64,000 bases of DNA from the human T2T-CHM13v2.0 reference genome, Homo sapiens. The stretch lies in NCBI RefSeq assembly GCF_009914755.1, contig NC_060932.1. The stretch is one strand, 5' to 3'. The notes beneath the pieces were generated by a model that searched no databases, was not told the DNA's origin, and worked only from the letters and a program-made list of their open reading frames with translations. Position numbers and translations under genes: made by a program. Shown in pieces: positions 55,265-64,000 of the stretch (its first letter is position 1; each line of letters starts with the position of its first letter).

Positions 55265-56039
55265 ATGTATATACTGTATATATATATACAATTGGCTATA
55301 TACATATACATATATGTATTTATGTATATATACATATACATATATGTATTTATGTATATATACATATACATATATGTATATGTATATATACATATACATA
55401 TATGTATATGTATATATACATATACATATATGTATATGTATATATACATATACATATATGTATATGTATATATACATATACATATATGTATTTATGTATA
55501 TATACATATACATATATGTATTTATGTATATATACATATACATATATGTATTTATGTATATACACATAAATACATATATGTATATACACATAAATACATA
55601 TATGTATATACACATAAATACATATATGTATATATACATAAAAACATATATATACATAAATACATATATGTATATATACATAAATACATATACATATATG
55701 TATATGTATATATACGTATATGTATTTATGTATATATATGTATTTATGTATATATACACATATGTATTTATGTGTATATACACATATGTATTTATGTGTA
55801 TATACACATATGTATTTATGTGTATATACATATATGTATTTATGTGTATATACATATACATATATGTATTTATGTGTATATACATATATGTATTTATGTG
55901 TATATACATATATGTATTTATGTGTATATACATATACATATATGTATTTATGTATATATACATATACATATATGTATTTATGTATATATACATATACATA
56001 TATGTATTTATGTATATATACATATATACGTATATATAT
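55214..56039. repeat. Compound TA-rich minisatellite (18-30 bp units) with an internally inverted block
   Basis: Units such as TATATACATATACATATATGTATTTATG; 55560-55690 carries the reverse-complement unit (ACATAAATACATATATGTATATAC). Confidence 0.97.
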
Positions 56040-56837
56040 CTCCAAGCAGAAGGTACAGAATGAAAAGGGATAAGGGGAAAGAGACAGAATGATGTAGTCT
56101 GGAACTTGCTCCTAGCCTCTTAGTATTGCAGAGCAGTAGCTGTAAAAGAGGTACTCACTTGGCTGAATGTAAGTCTTGATGTTATAATATTAATGAGATA
56201 TTCTAATTTAGAGATGTCCTTAAATTTGTGGATTTTCCCCAAGTTTAGGGATCACTGCCTTTAGACATCAATTTTCAATTATTTTAGTTCCTAAATTAAT
56301 TTACTTGTCTTATTCTGGAAAACTGTTTAGTTTTCCCTCTCATGGAATTAATAAAACATAATTGAATTATGGAAGTTGAGAGACAAGAGACACCACATTA
56401 TCACCAAGACTACCATCACCTTCAATGCGCAAGAGAAAGGAGACTCATATTTAGAATTTGCCACAATGTTTGATGTCTCCATAACCATATGCAACATGAA
56501 GGATTGTTTGTTTGCTCCTATAACTACCCAACTAATACATCTCTCCTCAGAATTTAAACTAATAACCTAAGTAATATTCCATTTTAGAAAATTTGGCATT
56601 TATTGTTTTTCATCAGTTTTTGCTTCTGCCATCAGAAAATCATTCTGGAATTCATGAGAGCTTGCTGATCTCCTTTCCTAGTTATTTACTTGTGTATAGA
56701 CTTATGTTTTGCATGAGATTTTGCTCAATTTGTTATGGTTACTTATAATCTTTTATATTTATTTATACTTTATTTGCATTATTCCAAAAATTCATCCTAA
56801 AAGCTTCATTTATTTTTTTTAGTATTCTTTTGAAATA

Positions 56838-57190
56838 TATTTATTTATTTATTTATTATACTTTAAGTTCTAGGGTACATGTGCACAACGCGCAGGTTTT
56901 TAACATATGTATACATGTGTCATGTTGGTGTGCTGCACCCACTAAATTGTCATTTACATAAGGTATATCTCCTAATGCTATCCCTCCCCCTTCCCCCCAC
57001 CCCACGACAGGCCCTGGTGTGTGATGTTCCCCATCCTGTGTCCAAGTGTTCTCACTGTTCAGTTCCCACCTATGAGTAAGAACATGCGGTGTTTGGTTTT
57101 CTGTCCTTGCAATAGTTTGCTCAGAATGATGGTTTCAGCTTCATCTCTGTCCCTACAAAGGACCTGAACTCATCCTTTTTTATGGCTGCA
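56838..57190 (-). mobile_element. 5'-truncated L1PA 3' end (~350 bp)
   Basis: (TTTA)n followed by TTATACTTTAAGTTCTAGGGTACATGTGCAC...CTCATCCTTTTTTATGGCTGCA. Confidence 0.95.
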
Positions 57191-57410
57191 TTTATTTTAT
57201 ATCTATTACTTAGATTTGGAAATTGAGGTCCCTATTAAGCAGGGCTCACTTGATTTAGCAGTAAAATTTAAAAATAATATTTTTATGGTATAAGAATAAT
57301 ATACCATGCATACAGTTAAAACAACATTGAAATATTTACACACATTGAGATCCATATATTTTAGTCATATGATGACTGCTGTTTCTATGGTAGACCTCTG
57401 TAGTTTAAGT

Positions 57411-57636
57411 CAAGGGTCTGTAAATTATAGCTTGCCAAATCAACCCACTGCATCCTTTTGTAAATAAAGTTTTATTGGGACATAGTCATACCATTTTTTT
57501 TTTTTTTTTGCTTTATCTATGCCTGCTTTCTTGTTACCATCTCAGAGTTGAGTAGTTGCAACAGAAACAAAGTGGCCCACAAAGCCAAAAATATTTATGG
57601 TTTTCCCCTTTCAGAAAAAATGTGTCAACTTATAGC
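57411..57636. mobile_element. MER58A-like hAT-Charlie MITE
   Basis: TTTTGTAAATAAAGTTTTATTGG.ACA...AGAGTTGAGTAGTTGCAACAGA...GGCCCACAAAGCC.AAAATATTTA. Confidence 0.85.
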
Positions 57637-57740
57637 CTAAGTAGTCAATACTGTTTTACTACAAGTTAATTGGTATGAAAGTTATTTTTGGAGGCATTAA
57701 TTTCAACTTCAGTAATATATTTCATTATCAAAATACTAAA

Positions 57741-59597
57741 TGTATTTGCCTGTTCTCGCATTGCTATAAATACCTGAGTCTGGGTAATTTATAAAGAAAA
57801 GAGGTTGAATTCACTCAAGTTTCTGCAGGCTGTACAGGAAGCATGATGCTGGCATCTGCTTGTCTTCTGCGGAGGCCTCAGGAAACTTACAACTATGGCA
57901 GAGAGCAAAGAGGGAGTAGATGCTTCACATGGCCTAAGCAGGAGCAAGAGAGAGCAAGAAGGGAGATGCTACACACTTTTAATCAAACAGATCTCATAAG
58001 AACTCATTCATTCTCATGAGGACAGTACCAAAGAGGATGGTGCTAAACCATTCATGAGAAATCCATCCCCATGATCCACTCACCTCCCACTGTGTCTGTA
58101 ATTGGTGGTTCTTGGTCTCACTGACTTCAAGAATGAAGCCGCGGACCCTCGCGGTGAGTGTTACACAGTTCTTGAAGCTTTGTGTCCGGAGTGTGTTCCT
58201 TCTGATGTTCAGATGTGTTCGGAGTTTCTTCCTTCTGGTGGGTTCGTGGTCTCGCTGGCTCAGGAGTGAAGCTGCAGACCTTCGCGGTGAGTGTTACAGC
58301 TCTTAAGGCAGCGCGTCTGGAGTTGTTCGTTCCTCCCGGTGGGCTCTTGGTCTCGCTGGCTACAGGAGTGAAGCTGCAGACCTTGGCGGTGAGTGTTACA
58401 GCTCATAAAGGCAGCGTGGACACAAAGAGTAAGCAGTAGCAAGATTTATTGCAAAGAGCGAAAGAACAAAGCTGCCACAGTATGGAAGGGGACCCAAGCG
58501 GGTTGCCACTGCTGGCTCGGGCAGCCTGCTTTTATTCTCTTATCTGGCCCTACCCACGTCCTGCTGATTGGTAGAGCCCAGTGGTCTGTTTTGACAGAGT
58601 GCTGATTGGTGCGTTTACAATCCCTGAGCTAGACACAAAGGTTCTCCACATCCCCACCAGATTAGTTAGATACAGAGTATGGACACAAAGGTTCTCCAAG
58701 GCCCCACCAGAGTAGCTAGATACAGAGTGTTGATTGGTGCATTCACAAACCCTGAGCTAGACACAGGGTGCTGATTGGTGTGTTTACAAACCTTGAGCTA
58801 GATACAGAGTGCGGATTGGTGTACTTACAATCCCTGAGCTAGACATAAAGGTTCTCCACGTCCCCACCAGATTCAGGAGCCCAGCTGGCTTCACCCAGTG
58901 GATCCCGCACGGGGACTGCAGGTGGAGCTGCCTGCCAGTCCAGCGCCGTGCACCGCACTCCTCAGCCCTTGGTGGTCGATGGGACTGGGCACCGTGGAGC
59001 AGGGGGCAGTGCTCGTCGGGGAGGCTGGGGCCTCACAGGAGCCCATGGAGCGGGTGGGAGGCTCAGGCATGGCGGGCTGCAGGTCCCGAACCCTGCCCCG
59101 CGGGAAGGCAGCTAAGGCCCGGTGAGAAATCGAGCGCAGCGCCAGTGGGCTGGCACTGCTGGGGGACCCAGTACACCCTCCGCAGCCGCTGGCCCGGGTG
59201 CTAAGTCCCTCATTGCCCGGGGCCGGCAGGGCCGGCGGGCCGCTCCGAGTGCGGGGCCCGCCAAGCCCACGCCCACCCAGAACTCCGGCTGACCCGCAAG
59301 CGCCGCACGCAGCCCCGGTACCCGCTCGCGCCTCTCCCTCCACACCTCCCTGCAAGCTGAGGGAGCCGGCTGTGGCCTTGGCCAGCCCAGAAAGGGGCTC
59401 CCACAGTGCAGCGGTGGGCTGAAGGGCTCCTCAAGTGCCACCAAAGTGGGAGCCCAGGCAGAGGCGGCGCAGAGATCCAGCGAGGGCTGTGAGGACTGCC
59501 AGCACGCTGTCACCTTTCACCACCAGGCCCCACCTCCAACATTGGGGATTAAAATTTGATGTAAGATTTGGTGAGAATACAGATCCAAACCATATCA
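57741..59597 (-). mobile_element. MST-family MaLR solo LTR split by LTR12C
   Basis: 57741-58090 and 59520-59597 are contiguous MST sequence (...CACCTCCCAC|CAGGCCCCACCTCCAACATTGGGGATT...CCAAACCATATCA); TSD CTAA(A/G). Confidence 0.9.
58091..59519 (-). mobile_element. LTR12C (ERV9) solo LTR, CpG-rich
   Basis: Minus strand begins TGAAAGGTGACAGCGTGCTGGCAG and ends ...CCAATTACAGACACA; 4-bp TSD CCAC; five ATTGG (CCAAT) repeats at 58565-58820; AATAAA-type TATA box near 58530. Confidence 0.96.
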
Positions 59598-59770
59598 CTA
59601 AGTAATCATGAAAACTATTACCTCTTATAGAGTCAGAGTCATTGCAATCAGGAATTGAAAGTACCCTATGTACTCAATTAAAAAGAAATGTTTGGGCAAA
59701 CCAATAGTTAAAACATTTCTATAGCAGAACACCACTTACGAAAAACCCAGCTCATCTAAAAACCTAATGT

Positions 59771-59803
<33 letters not shown>

Positions 59804-60936
59804 ATGTATAAACACGTATATACATATATAATATAAAACATACCTGTTTAGAGAGAGGCTAAGACAGAGAGAGATAAAGAGACAGGGAGAGCTCTTATGA
59901 AAATATGGGGCAGAAGGTCCATGACTCTACCTCCCCACCTTCCCCCCCCCATCCCCTGGGACAAGTTTTGATGTACAGCAGTGAAACTCAGGGCTCTTGA
60001 GACTATAACATGTCACTCACTATTACAGAGTTTCCATACAAGAGTTTACCATCAATTTAGTCTTAGCAATACTTGGCATGCTTCAACCAGACACAGTTTA
60101 TTTAAACTGATTGTCATTCTGTACAATGCCTCTACCTTAACTTCCTTTACTGTCACTCTGTCCCTACCTATATACCTCCAGTCTGCCAAAATAATCATTT
60201 AGTAATAACATGTTTTCAATCTCCCTTTTTCAATAACTTCTAACTACTTCCACCAGAATTCACCCAAAACCATGTGCCCAAACCTTCATGTTTCTGCTAT
60301 GCCTCTTTGCTACTACAGAAATAAACAGCATAAAAATCTGTTACTTACAACTATGAAAATTAGTAACCAATAATTTATTGACCAAAGCATTAAACACTAA
60401 AGTTTCAAAAAATTTTAAATTTTTTGCAGATTGTTATCTGTGACAAATTCTTAGACATAGTTAACAAATCTGCATTCTTTTATCATATAGTTGTATTTTT
60501 AAAATAAAAAGCTTATTGATAATTTTCCAGAAAACTATGTGCTGGCGTAATGGTTTTAAAATTGTTTCTCATAATTTCCTTCAGTGACTACACCCTGAGG
60601 ACACCAAACTGGATGTTGTGAATAGATAAAGCCATGGTGGAGGAGTAGGCAGAGTTGTAAGGCATATCTCTCTGGAATATTAATTTTATTTATAGACTTT
60701 TTAAAAGAAAAACAACAAAAAGCACCCATTTGCATGTAGAACAATGTTAGGGAGTAGAATTAGAAATTCACATTAATTTATAGGAAAACACAAGATGGAT
60801 AAGCCTTATTGACTGTGCCTTCAGACTTCTCACTTGCCCACCAATTCTTCTCCAACCCCACTAAGAATTCATAGTTTGCCTTTGTATGCACTTTAATGGA
60901 AAAGTTTGCAAAGAACACCTATATTAAAAACATTTT

Positions 60937-61235
60937 GGCCTGGCGCGGTGGGCTCACACCTGTAATACCAACACTTTGGGAGGCCGAGGTGGGCGGATCA
61001 CCTAAGGTCAGTAGTTCAAGACCAGCCTGGCCAACATGGTGAAACCCTGTCTCTAATAAAAATACAAATATTAGCTGGGCATGGTGGCAGGCGCCTGTAA
61101 TCCCAGCTACTCGGGAGGGTGAGACAGGGAGAATCGCTTGAACCCGGGAGGCAGAGGTTGCTGTGAGCTGAGATCGCGCCATTGCACTCCAGCCTGGCAA
61201 TAGAGTGAGACTCTGTCTCAAAAAAAAAAAAAAAA
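60937..61235 (+). mobile_element. AluSx-like, full length
   Basis: GGCCTGGCGCGGTGGGCTCACACCTGTAAT...GAGACTCTGTCTC(A)n. Confidence 0.95.
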
Positions 61236-63559
61236 TTTGTACATACTGGCATAATATATTCTGCATTTCTGGCTATGTGGGGTGATCCTGGTCAAGTCAC
61301 TTAGCTTTTTCACCTCTTCGGCAACCTTGCTTTTTAAAGAAGAAAATATAATAGTATGATTTTCACAAAATAATTAAGACACTAAGCTGTCATGGAAAAC
61401 TACTGTCTGGGCAGCCCACCTGTCCCTCACAAGGAAATAACAATTGGAAAGATTTAAAGAAAGCATTTTTGGAGCCCAATAACCTGAGAATTTTGAAACA
61501 GACCAAATTAAAGGAAAAACAGGTTGTAAATAACATCCAGCCAATTCCTCCATCAGGTTTCCATTGTGTGCTCCTACCTTCTATCAGAAGCCACTGCAAA
61601 CTATATACATTTGTGAACATTTAAATTCTAAAAAGTATATGCTTGCTCACCGGTATCACATAAAAATAATTTATGTATACATTTGCATACTTAAAAATGC
61701 ATGTAACTAACATCTACCTGTCGTATGAGGATATTAGTGGATGGTGTCAGTTTGCTTTTGGCACAGATATGTAGACAAAGAGTCACACCCGTGGTTTTAA
61801 TCTTTTAAGTACGGGGACTAACTGAACATCTGGAAGTTTTACAGCGCAGGGATTGAAAGTCGCTGAGTTAAAGAAGAAGGCCTCCTATTTTTCAGCACAA
61901 AATAAGGCTCTCACGATAACATTTAGATAAGCAATTTTTTGTTAATTTTAGAAAACGTATGCTCCAAAGCAATTCAGGATTTCTGTGTTTGTTGATATTA
62001 CCTTTTAATGTGACAACCATGACACCATTTTCCAAAACAGATGGATTAATGTCATTTAAAAAAAATTACTTCACCTAGACAGGTGTTTCCTGTGTATGTT
62101 TGACGTGAAATTAAACATAGCTCCAGATGTCCTGTTTGTAGCAAAGCCAGTTAATTTTATTAGAACATTTAATCACAGATCAACAGTGTACTAGAAGGGC
62201 AGGGAATGTGAAGCAGAGATTTAACAGGACTTCCTAATGAATTGTGAATTAGTTTATGGAGGGAGATCCAGAAGAATACAGTGCTGCTTATGTGAATCCC
62301 ATCGTGTATTGATTTGAGTCTGTTATTTTTCTGGAACTCTGATACTATTCATATTTAAGAGCTTCACTAGAATTGTGAAGCAATGTGTGTGTGTGTTTGT
62401 GTATGTTTGAAATTGACAATGCAATAATTACATAGTTACTTAGTGTGAGTAGAATCTTTTTTTTTTTAAAGTCCAAGGTTGTGCTGTTTTGTCAACACTA
62501 CTTCTTAGGCATGAGTGAGGCTGGAATTCTCTCATGGGCCTCAAAGTGCATTAGGGTGTCGCTGGAATTCACAGCAAATGCTCTGCCTACCACTCACATA
62601 GTCAAGAGACAGCAGCTCAGAGTTCTGTTATGCCAGGTTTAAACATCATTATATGCATAGTTATTTTTCCTCCAAGATTAGCTATAGATTTCCCATTAAT
62701 TATAACATCAGGTTGATTCATCATTAATAAAATAAATCTCAGTGAACTGTCACTGATTTCTTGACTAAAATGAAAACAAATGAAGAAAAACCAGTTCCTG
62801 TCTTTGTTACACTCTTATAAAATTTGTCTTTGTATCAGCCTGGTCATTTCAGAGGCAGAGCAAAATATTCATAATTTTCTACTTTGAAATATTAGTGTGC
62901 CCATATGCACTAATAAAAACTTAAAGCCTTGCTATGATTGATGTTTTTTGTTGGACCATCACCTCATTGTATAGAAGTTTGTTTTAATGAGTTTCTCTAA
63001 TGAATATTTTATATTGCTACTTGGATGAATGGCATATGGTAAATGCAAGGTAAATTACAGCTCTTTAAATAAATATTTTTCATAAATTATTTATTTTGTG
63101 ATGCCTGTATTGGTAAGATGTCATGTCAGATAAAGATTGGAAAGTATTTACTGTAATACTTATTTGTAACTTGAAGAAGTAAAATTTTTTAATTATTAAC
63201 AAGCCTCCAATATATCCATGAAACTTATAGCAAAATTAGCATAAACTCTATCACATTACAAATTTGTGTGGACAGCTTGCATTCTATAGTGCAAAAATAA
63301 GATGATCTCTTATGCCTGTAAAAATTTTTACATAACACTATGAAAATAAAGGAGAAAAACTATTTTTATAAGGATAAAAAGGGAACTTGGTAATAACCAC
63401 ATTTGAATGAAATTTAGTGTTGAGAATTATCCAATCTCTGAATTATATTTTTAAAAGAAGAATAAAATTATTTTAGTGAGTAACCACACAACATTTTCTA
63501 TAGTATTCCTTATTTTCTTTGGGGATATAGTTGAGTGAATGGATTTTTCTCCTAATAAA

Positions 63560-64000
63560 TATTAATAGCTACTATTTATTGACTGCCTTTTAAACATTAT
63601 CTCACTAAATACTCAGGATAACCATAATATTGTGGTTGTATTATTTCTATTTCTACATATAAGAAAATTAAGACTCACATTGCTAGGAAGTAATAAAGAT
63701 TTGAACCCAGCATAGATTGGCTGCAATGTGTATGGCATTCCAGCTAAATCAACAGGGTCCAAAAATATTTTATCTCCTACAGAACAATTAGATATGGGAA
63801 AAGCAAATATTCACTATTCTTACAGTGTCTTATTATTAATAATAGTAACAGCTAAAACTTAGCAATTACACTGTGGCCGACACTAAGTGCTTTGCCTATA
63901 TCAATTTACTGACTCCTCACAATAATGCTAAGAGATAGATATTATCATTACACTCACTATACAGATAACAAAAATGAGGCACAAATCATTTAGGAAACTT
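63560..64000 (-). mobile_element. Two MIR fragments (~63560-63750 and ~63840-64000)
   Basis: CTACTATTTATTGA...ATTTCTACATATAAGAAAATTAAGACTCA...GATTTGAACCCAG and CTAAGTGCTTT...CCTCACAATAA...ACAGAT...AAATGAGGCACA. Confidence 0.7.

Noticed and set aside
55052-56092. Long ORFs (up to 323 aa) of Y/I/M/V/H/T repeats on both strands
   Set aside because: Translations of a TA-rich minisatellite that lacks stop codons; no coding signal.
58112-59513. Overlapping GC-rich ORFs and an apparent CpG island
   Set aside because: Entirely within LTR12C; not a host gene or a host CpG-island promoter.
59931-59956. C-rich run suggesting a minus-strand G-quadruplex
   Set aside because: Short and isolated, with no functional context visible.

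Overview
AT-rich, repeat-rich primate (human-like) nuclear DNA. It is not prokaryotic and has no intact protein-coding gene, CRISPR array, tRNA or rRNA. The core is a ~10 kb stretch (~12.5-22.5 kb) with no Alu, L1 or LTR that I could recognise. It holds a motif-dense putative enhancer with a CTCF-type site, a non-CpG-island promoter (~15.4-15.9 kb) and the first exons of a + strand spliced transcript: donor after 15926, candidate exon 16004-16653, exon 18303-18510 and a distal 111-nt exon 44329-44439. This is either a lncRNA or the long 5' UTR of a large gene; I could not assign a gene symbol. The rest is intron/intergenic DNA with Alus, L2/MIR, MaLR/ERVL/ERV9 LTRs, DNA transposons (MER1B, MER44, MER85, Charlie types), several L1s including a full-length antisense L1PA, and a large TA-rich minisatellite. 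All long ORFs in the track derive from L1, Alu, LTR or simple repeats. Most notable observations: (1) two independent short local templated duplications, both ~2.9 kb from their donors and similarly diverged; (2) an extreme twin-primed L1 joining the 3' end to an inverted 5' UTR fragment; (3) a Kozak AUG in exon 1 whose frame is closed by one exon but stays open through the 111-nt exon; (4) an L1 ORF0/antisense promoter facing an LTR12C promoter; (5) a MER85 with its CSB-PGBD3 palindrome. Repeat subfamily names come from recall of consensus sequences and should be confirmed with RepeatMasker/Dfam.
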